A DNA stretch of 64,000 nt from the human T2T-CHM13v2.0 reference genome, Homo sapiens (GCF_009914755.1 NC_060935.1); one strand, 5' to 3'; positions 29,901 through 46,570 are shown, numbered from the stretch's first letter. Program-made: numbers and translations. Notes: a model not told the origin generated them from the letters alone.

Positions 29901-30739
29901 AGTAAGTTATCCAAAAATGCTTTTCAATTTTACATCCACACAGAACTGTAATATAGTGGATAGCCTAAAAAATGCAGTAAATTAAAGCTGAATAAAGAAA
30001 ACAACCACTTTATAGGCCCTTGAAATTCTACAAATAAAGGACTGAAGTCTGGATACATAAGTGTATATCACTAAAATAATCTATTAACTGCTTTATACTA
30101 TGCATCTTATGCTAATAGAAATTATAAATTAATTGGCAATAGTGTGATGATGGTTGCTGCTACCCAGTATGTACACTGTTTAATGGATATCTAAAAGTTT
30201 TAAGTAATAACCAACTCTCACATTTTTGGAGAGATAAAATGAGAGAAGTTCAAAATGAATTCTACTATAACCCAAATATTTAAATTAAATTTCCAATTTG
30301 AGTACAATGTGTTTTATATTTTTCTTACTGCCTAGTTAATTCACATAATCATTGAAAATAAGTCTTAGTAATAAAGGCCCGCTATTGTCCCATCATTGGG
30401 AAGTATTGGCTTTAATGTTGGCCACCCCATGATCAACCAGATTTTCTTTCTTTTACTTCCTGCTTCCAGAAACAATTTTTAAAATAGCAAAAATAATAGG
30501 ATAATCTAACATGTGCTATTAATGATATGTTTTGTAGTGCTAGGCACATTATATACCATAACATATACAATCTGAAACTTGGAAAAATTTAAAATTTTCA
30601 CCTGAAATCTTCCAGCCAGTAAATAGTAAGGAAGAACTTAAGCATATTTGTCTAATTTTATACCCCATTCTCTTATGTACTCTACCTCCGTGCCAAAAAT
30701 AGGCCAATTAGTTCATTTTGAACACATCTGTTCTGTCAT

Positions 30740-31096
30740 AGGTTTCTCCAGAAAGATGATGTTATTTATGCTAATAGCCACTAGCTACATGTGACTATTA
30801 AGCACTTGAAATGTGGCTAATCAGAATTGAGATGACATATAAATGTGAAATACACATTGGATTTCAAAGACTTATGAAAATATCTCATTACTATCTATAT
30901 TACCATAATTTTATATTAATTATATGTCAAAATAGTTATATTGTGAATATTCAAGGCTATATTAAATATATAATTAAAACTAATAGGATTTTTTAAACTT
31001 TTTAAAATATGAGGCTATGAGCAAATGTAAATTTGCATGTCTGGCTTGCATTTAGGGCTTACATTTTAACTCACTGAATAGCAGCACTGTTCTAGA
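30740..31096. mobile_element. MER33/MER3-like hAT-Charlie element
   Basis: TAGCCACTAGCTACATGTGACTATTAAGCACTTGAAATGTGGCTA. Confidence 0.75.
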
Positions 31097-31181
31097 ACTT
31101 TCTGTTCAATAAAATACTTTTGGGACACCAGTTAGACAATGTGACCTGTCCTGTAAGATGATATTTGTTAAAAATGAAAAC

Positions 31182-31289
31182 TAGGATGACCATCTCTTCA
31201 TCTGCCCAAGACTAAGGAGTTTCCTGAGATGCTGAACTTTCAGTGCTACAATGGGACAGTCTCTGGAAAATTAAGAGTTGTTTATCCTA
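31182..31289. mobile_element. MER81-like hAT MITE
   Basis: TAGGATGACC ... TTTATCCTA termini, ACTTTCAGTGCTA core. Confidence 0.65.
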
Positions 31290-31454
31290 AAAATAAAACG
31301 TATTTTTTATCCTGATAAGTGACGTTTGGTATCTTTATCTGGATGCTACACAGATATGTAAGAATTAACAATTCCACAAACTCCTTTATCATTCCCAACT
31401 CCAATTTCATGATTTCCAGCCTCAATTAATGGTGTCACTATCCACTATCTTACA

Positions 31455-31575
31455 AATTAAAAGTAAAGCTGCTGCTTCCCTTCTGCCTTCACAGTCTGGT
31501 TAATATTTACCGTGTGGCCAAATTTAACCTGGAAACATACAGGGAAGGTAATTGTGGGAAATGTAATTTGTACAG
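31455..31575 (-). mobile_element. LTR33-like fragment
   Basis: GCTGCTGCTTCCCTTCTGCCTTC..TGGCCAAATTTAACCTGGAAACATACAGGGAAGG; homologous to 46975-47065. Confidence 0.55.
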
Positions 31576-32366
31576 TACAAAATTCCCACACTTTGTGCAC
31601 TCTAATATTTATTTTACTATTATGAATAATATTAAAAACAGGAAAAACAAGCAAGCACATAAAAAGCTATAGGGTTATTCTTGACCTGTCAACATTAATA
31701 TCTTAGCAGTCATAAAACTTGCGAATGAAGACCCTCCCCTCTATTTTTACCACATACCTGATTTCAAGTACTCATCACTAATTAGCTATTTGTGGGAAAA
31801 GACAGATTGTTTAGTTTGTGGTATTTGTGAGGAAATCAGTGGGGATGTGTGGTTATGACAGAAGGTAGGAGGTAGGCAGAGGTGCGCATTCACAGAAGGG
31901 TTTTGTAACAATTACAGTGTTTGTACAGAGTAATGGTGATTAGTAAACAAGTAAAAACAGATGATAAAGAGAAAGTAGAATAACTATTAGTGTAAAGTCC
32001 TTAAATAGTCAAGAGGACCAGATTAATTATAGCAGAATTTATGGGCTCCTCTCATGGCTTATATGGTCATAAGCTTAAATTCAACTCAGTTGGTAGGACT
32101 GTGTATTTTTCTAAGTCCACGGGGAAAAAAAGAGAGAGTACCACTACCGAACTGAGATTGGAGGTTTGTTAGGTGAATTTTCAGACAGAGTGAGACAATG
32201 AAGTTAGGAAGATAGGTGAATATAATTCATTTTATTAAAGGATCATTGAATGTAAACCACAATAGAAATAAAATAAAATTATGAGGAAGATAATAGGCAG
32301 TAGAAAAATCAGTAACTATAAAGTGCCAATGAAGAAACTTTTTTAGAGTTGGGTTATTAAAGTGAG

Positions 32367-32598
32367 TGCAATGAACTGAATGTTTCTGTATCCCCAAAAT
32401 TAATACGTGGAAGACTAGCCCCGCCCCCAATGTTATAATTAATGTTAGTAGATGGGGCCTTTGAGAGGTGAGGGTAGAGGCCTCATGAATGGAATTCATG
32501 CCTTTATAAAAGAAGCTCCAGTGAGCTTTCTTCCCATTCTGCTACGTGAGGTTACAATGAAAGGACATCTGCCTGTGAACTAGAAAACAGACCCTTAC
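32367..32598 (+). mobile_element. MLT1A-like LTR, 5' half (split by L1)
   Basis: TGCAATGAACTGAATGTTT start preceded by TSD GTGAG (32362-32366). Confidence 0.88.
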
Positions 32599-33556
32599 TG
32601 GGATTGTGCTACCGCTCCATGAAAAACCACACTTTTCCCATGGATCCTTGCAGCCAGTTGGTCAGGAAGTCCCCTCGTAAGCCCATGCCACCTGGGCCTT
32701 GGGTCTCGAGCACAGAGCTGGGAAGGTTCTTAGCGGCTGTGCAGGTGGGTGGCTGTTTGGGCAGGCTCTGAGACCCAGGAGTACTTGCATCCTCTGGCTC
32801 TGGGAACTTCTGTGAAGCAGGAGATTCGTCCACTCCCATGGGAAGGGGACTGAAGCCAGGGAGCCAAGTGGTCTCGCTCCCACAGAACTCCACAAGCTAA
32901 AACCGACTGGCTTGGAATCCCCACTGGCCAGTGCAGCAGGCTAGCGACTGCCTAAGAAGACAGAGTTCTCATGGGTGGTAGGGGCAGCCACCATCACTGC
33001 AGCACCAGTCAGCATTTTCCCTTGCTGCTGGTGCCAGTGAGACTGGGTGGTCTGAACCAGGAGCAATTCCTCTAAGCGCAGCACAGAAGCTGGGCCCATT
33101 TGTGGCCAGACTGCTTCTTTAAATGGGACCCCACCCATCCCTCCTCACCAAGCAGGCCCCACTTGTGGGAATTTCAGCATCCCCAGCCAGGGGTCTGTGG
33201 GCAGAACTCTGATATCACTGAGGGGAGCCTCCTAGGAGGGGCAGCTGCAGTACTGTATCCCAGGCAAGGATGCAGCACACCTGCTCACCAAGGGACAGCC
33301 AGATTACTTATTGAAACAGGTCTCTGGCCTTGCTTCTCCTGACTGGGTGAAACCTCCCAACAGGAGTTTCCAGATACCTCATACAGAAGCAGTCCAGTGA
33401 GCATCAGATCAGTGCCCCTCTGGGACAGAGCTCCCAAAGGAAGGAGTAGGCTACCATCTTACTGGTCTGCAACCTCCACTGGTGATAGGCTCCAGGGAAG
33501 GGAGGGACCCAGGTGAATACACCATGGAGTTGACCCCAAGCAAATTGCAGCACCTA

Positions 33557-33665
33557 GGCTTAATACCTAGGTGATGGGTTGATAGGTGCAGAAAACCACC
33601 ATGGCACACATTTACCTATGTAGCCAACTTGCACATCCTGCACATGTACTCCAGAATTTATAAAA
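33557..33665 (+). mobile_element. 109-bp L1PA8-class 3' tip inserted into the host L1 5'UTR
   Basis: GGCTTAATACCTAGGTGATGGGTTGATAGGTGCAG...AATTTATAAAAA flanked by ACCTA (33552-33556, 33666-33670). Confidence 0.85.
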
Positions 33666-35027
33666 ACCTACAGAAGAAGGTTCTGACTGCTAAAAGAACA
33701 ACAGAAAACAAAATAACAACAGCATCAATGCAAAATACCCCACATAAACTTCATTTGAAATTTGGCGGCCTCAATAATCAAAGGTAGATAAACCCATGAA
33801 GATGAGAAACAATCAATGCAAAAATGCTGAAAACTCAAAAAGCCAGAGTGCCTCTTCTCCTCCAAATGATCACAACACGTCTCCCAGCAAGGGCAGAGAA
33901 CTGGACTGAGGATGAGATGGATGAATTAACAAAAGTAGCCTCCAGAAGATGGGTAATAATGAACTTTGCTGAGCTAAAGGATTATGTTCTACTTTATTGC
34001 AAAGAAGCTAAGAAGCATGATAAAAAATTACAAGATCTGTTAACCAGAATAACAAGTTTAGAGAGGAACATAAATATCCTGATGAAGCTGAAAAGTACAA
34101 CATGAGAACTTTACAATGCAACCACAAGCATCAGTAGACAAATAGACCAAGTGGAAGAAAGGAAATCAGAACTTGAAGACTACCTTGCTGAAATAAGGCA
34201 GGCAGACAAGATTAGAGATAAAAGGATAAAAACAAACAACAAAACCTCTGAGAACTATGGGATTATGTTAAAAGACCGAACCTATGACTGATAGGAGTAC
34301 CTGAAAGAGATGGGGAGAATGGAACCAAGTGTGAAAACACACTTCAAGATATCATCCAGGAGAACTTCCCCAACCTAGCAAGGCCAACATTCAGATTCAG
34401 GAAATCCAGAAAACCCCAGTAAGATACTCCATGAGTAGATCAACCCCAAGACATATAATCTTCAGATTATCTAAGGTCAAAATGAAGGAAAAAATTTTAA
34501 GGGCAGCCAGAGAGAAAGGCCAGGTCACCTATAAAGGAAAGCCCATGAGACAAACAATGGACCTCTCAGTGGAAACCCTACAAGCCAGAAGAGATCAGGA
34601 GCCAATATTTATCATTCTTAAAATAATTTCCAACTGAGAATTTTGTATCTGGCTAAACTAACCTTCATAAGCATCAACAAGTCTGTAAAATAACCAGCTA
34701 GCATCATGAGAGGATCAAATTAACATATAACAATATTAACCTTAAATGTAAATGTGCTAAATACCCCATTAAAAGACACAGAATGGCAAGCTGGATAAAC
34801 AGTCATGATCCACCAGTGTTCTGTATTCAAGAGAGTCATCTAACATGCAACAACACACATAGAATCAAAATAAAAGGACAGAAGAAAATTTACCAAACAA
34901 TTGGAAAACAGAAAGAAGCAGGGATTCCAATCCTAGTTTCGGACAAAACAGACTTTGGACCAACAAAGATAAAAAAGACAAGGGCATTACATAATGGTTA
35001 AGGGGCCAATTCAATAATGAAAACTAA

Positions 35028-35212
35028 CGTGTGTGTGTGTGTGTGTGTGTGTATTTATGTATATGTTATATATATGGATAGTTGGGTGTGTGTATGTATA
35101 TATAGAAATTAACAAAGATATTCAGGAAATTGAAAAAGATGTTCAAGAAAATTAACAAAGATACTCAGGAAAATTAACAAAGATATTCAAGACAATTAAC
35201 AAAGATATTTAG
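35028..35212 (+). repeat. (TG)n/(TA) microsatellite followed by 5 copies of a 21-22-bp L1-derived minisatellite
   Basis: Units of GAAAATTAACAAAGATATTCAG start at 35105, 35126, 35147, 35169, 35191. Confidence 0.92.
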
Positions 35213-37218
35213 GACTTGACCTCAGCTTTAAGTCAAGTGAATGTGATTGATATCTACAGAACTCTCCACTCCAAAACAGAACATATATTCTTCTCAGTGT
35301 CACATGGCACTTACTCTAAAATTGACCACATAATTGGAAATAAATCAACTCTCAGAAAATGCAAAACAACTAAAATCAGAAACAGTCTCTCAGACCATAG
35401 TACAATGAAATTAGAACTCAAGATTTAAAATCTCACACAAAACCACACAACTACATGAAAACTGAACAATCTACCCCTGAATGACTCCTGGGTAAATAAT
35501 AAAATTAAGGCAGAAATCAAGCAGTTTTTTGAAACAAATGTGCACAAAGAGACAACATACCAGAATCTCTGGGACATAGATAAAGCAGTGTTAAGACAGA
35601 AAATTACAGCACTAAATGCCCACATCAAAAAGCTAGACAGATCTCAAATTGACACCCTACCATCACAACTAAAAGAACTAGAGAATCAAGAGCAAACCCC
35701 AAAGCTATCAGAAGACAAATAACCAAGAACAGAGCAGAACTGAGGAGATACAGGCATGAAAAATCCTTTAAAAAAAAAAAAAAAGACAACAACAACAACA
35801 GCAACAACAACAAAAAAACACAAACCAAAGAATCCAGAAGCTGATTTTGTGAGGGGGAAACAAAAGATAGACAGCTAGCTAGACTAATAAAGAAGAAAAG
35901 AGAAAAGAATCAAATAGACAATAGGAAATGGTAAAGGAGATGTCACCACTGACCCCACAGAAATACAAACCACCATTAGAAAATACTATAAACACCTCTA
36001 TGCAATTAAACTAAAAAATCTAGAAAAAATGGATAAATTCCTGGACACATACATTAATTTCCAAGACTGAACCAGGAATAAGTTGAATCTGTGAATAGAC
36101 TAATAACAAGTTCTGAAACTGAGGCAGTAATAAATAACCTGTGAACCAAAAAAAGCCCAGGACTGGATGGATATACAGTTGAATTCTACCAGAAATATAA
36201 AGAGGAAATGTTACCTTTTCTTCTGAAACTACTCCAAACAATTGAAAAGGAGGGACTCCTCCATAACTCAACCTATGAAGTCAGAATTATCCTGATACCA
36301 AAACCTGGCAGAGATACGACGACAACAACAACAACAACAACAAAAACTTCAGGCTAATATCCATGATGAAGACTGTGGCAAAAATTCTCAATAAAATACC
36401 GGCAAATCAAATATGGCAGCACATCAAAAAACTTATCCACCACAATCAAGTTGGCTTTAATAGCCAGAATGCAAGACAGGTTCAATATATGCAAATAAAA
36501 AAATGAAATTTATCACATAAACAGATCTAAAGACAAAAACCACGATTATCTCAATAGACACAGAAAAGGCCTTTGATAAAATTTAACATCCCTTCACATT
36601 AAAAACTATCAATAAACTAAATATTGGAAGAACATAAATCAATATAATAGGAGACGTTTATGACAAACCCACAGAAAGCATCATACTGAATGGGCAGCTG
36701 GAAGCATTCCCCTTGAAAACCGGCACAAGACAAGGATGTCCTCTGTCAGCACTCCTATTCAACATAGTAGTGGAAGTTTTGGCCAAGGCAATCAGGCAAG
36801 AGAATGAAATAAAGGGTATTCAAACAGGAAGAGAGGAAGCCAAATTGTCTTTGTTTGCAGATGACATGATCTTATATCTAGAAATCCCCATTGTCTCAGC
36901 CCAAAAGCTTCTTAAGCTGATAAGCAACGTCAGCAAATTCTGAGGATACAAAATTAATGTGCAAAAGTCAAAAGCATTCCTATACACAAACAACAGGCAA
37001 GCAGAGAGCCAAATAATGAATGAGTTCCCATTTACAACTGCTACAAAGAGAATAAAACACATAGGACTTCAGCTAACAAGGGAATTGAAGGACCTTTTCA
37101 AGGAGAAATTCAAACCACTGCTTAAGGAAATAAGAGAGGACACTAACAAATGAAAAAACATTCCATGCTCATGGATAGAAAGAATCAATGTGAAAATGGC
37201 CATACTGCCCAAAGTAAT

Positions 37219-37815
37219 TTACAGATTCAGCACTATTCCCATCAAACTACCATTGACATTTTTCAGAGTTAAAAGAACTACTTTAAAATTCATATGGAAC
37301 CAAAAAAAAAAAAAAAAAGAGTTCATATAGTCAAGACAAGCAAAAAGAACTAAGCTAGTGGCAGTTCCAAGATGGCTGAATAGGAACAGCTCCAGTCTAC
37401 AGCTCCCAGCTTGAGCAACGCAGAAGACAGGTGATTTCTGCATTTCCAACTGAGGTACCGGGTTCATCTCACTGGGGCTTGTCAGACAGTGGGTGCAGGA
37501 CAGTGGGTGCAGCCCACTGAGCATGAGCCAAAGCAGGGTGAGGCACCGCCTCACCTGGGAAGTGCAAGGGGTCAGGGAATTCCCTTTCCTAGCCAAGGGA
37601 AGCTCTGACAGATGGCACCTGGAAAATCGGGTCAGTCCCACCCTAATACTGTGCTTTTCCAATGGTCTTAGCAAACGACACACCAGGAGACTACATCCCG
37701 TGCCTGGCTCAGAGCATCCCATGCCCACGGAGCCTCGCTCATTGCTAACACAGCAGTCTGAAATTGAACTGCAAGGTGGCAGCGAGGCTGGGGGTGGGGG
37801 GACGGCGCCTGCCAT
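37219..37815 (-). CDS. L1 antisense ORF0 homolog, open for 198 codons (expression unproven)
   Basis: [31 protein letters not shown]...[10 protein letters not shown] matches primate ORF0p; ATG in GCAATGG context. Confidence 0.55.
   Translation of the reverse strand: MAGAVPPPPASLPPCSSISDCCVSNERGSVGMGCSEPGTGCSLLVCRLLRPLEKHSIRVGLTRFSRCHLSELPLARKGNSLTPCTSQVRRCLTLLWLMLSGLHPLSCTHCLTSPSEMNPVPQLEMQKSPVFCVAQAGSCRLELFLFSHLGTATSLVLFACLDYMNSFFFFFWFHMNFKVVLLTLKNVNGSLMGIVLNL
37368..37376 (+). promoter_or_regulatory. YY1 site of the L1 5'UTR promoter
   Basis: CAAGATGGC at the canonical position near the L1 5' end. Confidence 0.7.
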
Positions 37816-38393
37816 TGCTGAGGCTTGAGTAGGTAAACAAAGTGGCCAGGAAGCTTGAACTGGGTGAAGCCCACCGCAGCTCAAGGAGGCCTGCCTGCCT
37901 CTATAGACTCCACCTCTGGGAGCAGGGCATAGCTGAACAAAAGGCAGCAGAAACCGCTGCAGACTTAAATGTCCCTATCTGACAGCTTTGAAGAGAGTAG
38001 TGGTTCTCCCAGCAGGGAGTTTGAGATTTGAGAATGGACAGATTGCCTCCTCAAGTGGGTCCCTGACACCTGAGTACCCTAACTGGGAGGCACCCCCCAG
38101 TAGGGGCAGACTGACACCTCACATGGCCAGGTACCCCTCTGAGACGAAGTTTCTGGAGGAATGATCGGGCAGCAACATTTGCTGTTCAGCAATATTTGCT
38201 ATTCTGCAGCCTCCGCTGCTGATGATACTCAGGCAAATAGGGTCTGGAGTACATCTCCAGCAAACTCTAACAGACCTGCAGCTGAGGGTCCTGACTGTTA
38301 GAAGGAAAACTAACAAACAGAAAGGACATCCACCACAAAACCCCATCTGTACGTCACCATCATCAAAGACCAAAGGTAGATAAAACCACAAAG

Positions 38394-39402
38394 ATGGAGA
38401 AAAAACAGAGAAGAAATGCTGAAAATTTTAAAAATCAGAGTGCCTCTCCCCCTCCAAAGGAACACACCTCCTTGCCAGCAACAGAACAAAGCTGAACAGA
38501 GAACGACTTTGAGGAGTTGATAAAAGGCTTCAGATGATCAAACTTCTCCGAGCTAAAGGAGGAAGTTTGAACCCATTGCAAAGAAGTTAAAAACCTTGAA
38601 AAAAGATTAGACGAATGGCTAACTACAATAACCAGTGTAGAGAAATCCTTAAATGACCTGATGGAGCTGAAAACCATGGGACAAGAACTATGTGATGCAT
38701 GCACAAGCCTCAGTAGTGGATTCAATCAACTGGAAGAAAGCATATCAGTGATAGAAGATCAAATGAATGAAATAAAGTGAGAAGTTTAGATAAAAAAGAG
38801 TAGAAAGAAACAAACAAAGCCTCCAAGAAACATAGGACTACATAAAAAGACCAAATCTACATCTGATTGGTGTACCTGAAAGTGATGGGGAGAATGGAAC
38901 CAAGTTGGAAAACACTCTGCAGGATATTATCCAGGAGAACTTCCCCAACCTAGCAAGGCAGGCTAACATTCAAATTCAGGAAATACAGAGAATGCCACAA
39001 AGATAATCCTTGAGAAGAGAAACTCCAAGACATATAATTGTCAGATTCACCAAACTTGAAATGAAGGAAAAAATGTTAAGGGCAGCCAGAGAGAAAGGTC
39101 GGGTTACCCACAAAGGGAAGCCCATCAGACTAACAACGGATCTCTCAGCAGAAACTCTACAAGCCAGAAGACAGTGGGAGCCAATATTCAACATTCTTAA
39201 AGAAAAGAATTTCCAACCCAGAATTTCAAATCCAGCCAAACTAAGCTTCATAAGTGAAGGAGAAATAAAATCCTTTACAGACAAGCAAATGCTGAGAGAT
39301 TTTGTCACCACCAGGACTGCCCTAAAAGAGCTCCTGAAGGAAGCACTAAACATGGAAAGGAACAACCTGTACCAGCCACTGCAAAAACATGCCAAATTGT
39401 AA
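38394..39402 (+). pseudogene. L1 ORF1 (disrupted)
   Basis: ATG at 38394, TGA at codon 34, further lesions; C-terminal 130 aa open (TPRHIIVRF...PLQKHAKL). Confidence 0.9.
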
Positions 39403-39465
39403 AGACCATCAAGGCTAGGAAGAAAATGCCTCAACTAATGAGCAAAATAACCAGGTGACATCATA

Positions 39466-43295
<3,830 letters not shown>

Positions 43296-45069
43296 ACAGT
43301 GAGAACACTTGGACACAGGAAGGGGAACATCACACACCGGGGCCAGTCATGGGGTGGGGGGAGGGGAGAGGGAAAGTGTTGGGAGATATACCTAAAGTAA
43401 ATGATGAGTTAATGGGTACAGCACACCAACATGGCACATGTATACATATGTAACAAAACTGCACATTGTGCATATGTACCCTAGAACTTTGAGTATAATA
43501 AAATAAAAAAGAAAAACAAGTAATATGGACTAATGATGAAAATTCAATTGTGCAGAAATGTGGAAAGTAAAAAATGTATTTTCTATCATCAAAAAAAAGT
43601 AAAGAACAAATCTGTTGGCATCACACTATCTAACTTCAAACTATACTACAAGGCTACAATAACCAATACCACACAGCACTGGTTCAAAAACAGACACACA
43701 GAACAATATAACAGAATAGAGAACTCAGGAATAAGACTGCATAGCTACAAACATCTGAGCTTTGACAAACCTGACAAATACAAGCAATGGGGAAAGTATT
43801 CCCTATTTAATAATGCTTGGAGAACTGGCTAGTCATATGTAGAAAATTGAAACTGGACCCCTTTCTTATGCCTTATAGAAAAGTTAACTCAAAATGGATT
43901 AAAGAGTTAAGTGTAAAATTCAAAACGATTGAAACTCTAGAAGAAAATCTATGTAATACCATTCAGGACATAGGTACAGGCAAAAATTTCATGACAAAAT
44001 CACCGGAAGAAATTTCAACAAAAGCAAAAATTGACAAACAGGGTCTAATTAAGCTAAAGAGCTTCTGCACAGCAAAATAACCTATTATCAGAACAAAAAG
44101 GCAACCTACAGATTCGGAGAAAATTTTTGTAATGTGTTTATCTGACAAAGGCCTAATATCCAGAATCTATGAGGAACGTAAACAAATTTATAGTTAATAA
44201 AACAAACAACTCCATTAAAAACTGGGCAAAGAATGTGAACAGACACTTCTCAAAAGAAGACATTCATGCAGCCAACAAACATGAAAAAAATCTCAATATC
44301 CCTGATCATTAGAAAAATGCAAATCAAAACCACAGTGAGATACCATCTCATGCCAGTCTAATGGTGATTAAGTCAAGAAACAACAGAAGCTGAACAAGTT
44401 GCAGAGACATAGGAACACTTTTGCACTTTTGGTGGCAATGTAAACTAGTTCCACCACGGTGGATGATGGTGTGGTGATTCCTCAAAGATCTAGAACCAGA
44501 AATACCCATTTGACTCAGAAATCTCATTATGAGTATATACCCAAAGGAATATAAATCATTCTATTACAAAGATACATGCACGCATATGCTCATTGCAGCA
44601 CTATTCACAATAGCAAAGACATGCAGTCAACCCAAATGCCCATCAATGATAGGCTGGATAAAGAAAATGGGGTACATATATACCATGGAATACTATGCAG
44701 ACGTTTAAAGCAACAATATCATGTCTCTTGCATGGATATGGAGGGAGGTGAAAGCCATTACCTCAGCAAACCAATGCATGAAAGTAAAAACAAACACTGT
44801 ATATTCTCCTTTCTAAGTGGGAGCTGAACAATGAGAACACATGGACACAGGGAGGGGAACAGCACACACTGGGGCCTGTTGGGTGGTGGGGTTGGGGGAG
44901 GGAGAGCATTAGGAAAAATAGCTAATGCATGCTGGAATTGATACCTAGGTGACAAACGACCAAGGCACACCTTTACCTATGTAGCAAATCTGCACATCCT
45001 GTATATGTACCCCAGAACTTAGAATAAAAATTACAATAAAAAATAGATTGGATAAAGCAAACAAACAGT

Positions 45070-45218
45070 GAAAACAGACCCTCACCAACACTGAGTCTGC
45101 TGATATCTTGTTCTTACACTTCTTGGTCTCCAGAACTATGAGAAATAAATTTCTATTGTTTATAAGCCATCCCGTCTGTGGTATTTTTTTTTTTTAACAA
45201 TCTGAATGGATTAAGGCA
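45070..45218 (+). mobile_element. MLT1A-like LTR, 3' half
   Basis: CTCCAGAACTATGAGAAATAAATTTCTATTGTTTATAAGCCA...TAAGGCA then TSD GTGAG (45219-45223). Confidence 0.88.
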
Positions 45219-46570
45219 GTGAGTAAAATAAAAAGATGATAAGCAGTTGTTGGAAAACAAGATAACTTAATATTTTGGAAGTAATAACTAGAAATAAAAA
45301 AGCTATGGTAGTTTGAAGAGAGGCGAGTAAAGTATATAAGAGGTGGAAAGCCTAAAGACCTAAAAGACCAGAAAATTGGAAATAGAAGGAGAGAAATAAT
45401 CAGAAATTAAAGAGAATCCAAAGTGGTAGCTATCCATCAACAAGGTGGGATAGCAGGAGATATTCCCTGACAGAATGAGCTTGAAAGGAAGATGTTAGGG
45501 AGGAGAAATAACAGTATTATGCAAATGTAAATAAGGACATATATGGCAGTTTCCTTGCAGTGAAAGATTATCAAGTTGTACCATTATGCAATGCAGTATT
45601 TTCATAGGACAGCTAGACTCCTGTTAGAGTGAGAAAGTTAAGGAAAGATTCAGAAAAGACATTAGGACACAGATAACTTTGATGAAGCCCTATTATGAAT
45701 TCCAGGGGTAACATAGGAAAAGTTTGGGTCATCAGGAGATGGGACAGGAAAACAAAGTTTTTAAAGATGAATGAGGCATGAACTATAAGCAAGGAATTTT
45801 CTGTGGCTACTATGATTAGCACGGATATAAGGCAGAATACATTCACCCTTAAAGTCTCTTAGAGAGGGGCAATGATCCATTTTAATTATAGCCTCCTTCC
45901 AGGAACTGGTCTCCTACAGACTGTAATGGTTATTTGTATAGTATGAGGAGGGATAAAAGGAAGTCTGCCAAAATTTGCAGAGCTTTATGGGTTCTCTTTT
46001 TAAACTTGCCAATAATATTGTCAATGCCAAGAGATTAAAATATTTCTGAAATGCAGAAAGTTATAGTGCATTTGCTGTATTTATGTTTGTGTGCATATTT
46101 TGAAATATCTGGCTAAAGAGTTTCAAATATTCTCCTGTTAGACACCAGGTTTCCTCTTAAATATTGTTGCATGTAAGTATTTTAAAATAACACTGTGAAA
46201 CACTTAAAAATGATGTTTGCATTTGTTTGTCCGTTGAGATAATTCATGCCAGTGTTTGTTCGCAAGAAAAATATGACAGTTTCTTTCCTATTTTCATTTC
46301 TTCTACCTTATCATTTGAATTAGGTTGAAATAAAAAAGATGGTATCTCATGCAAGACCATAAACTTCAAACATTTACTGTATTAGACATAATAAATATTA
46401 AAAGGCCTACAGAGAACATAAGCTGTGTATACTAGATCAGATATTCTCAAAATGTAACACCTGAATCATCTTCATCAGAACCATCTAATTTGTTTAACAT
46501 TCAGGTGGTTCTACACCTGAAAGCACTTCCTGAATTATATTCTTAATATAAGGGATGTTAAAAACCTAAA

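Noticed and set aside
35105-35212. CRISPR-like repeat array
   Set aside because: Head-to-tail units with no spacers, derived from L1 ORF2, in a primate genome with no cas genes
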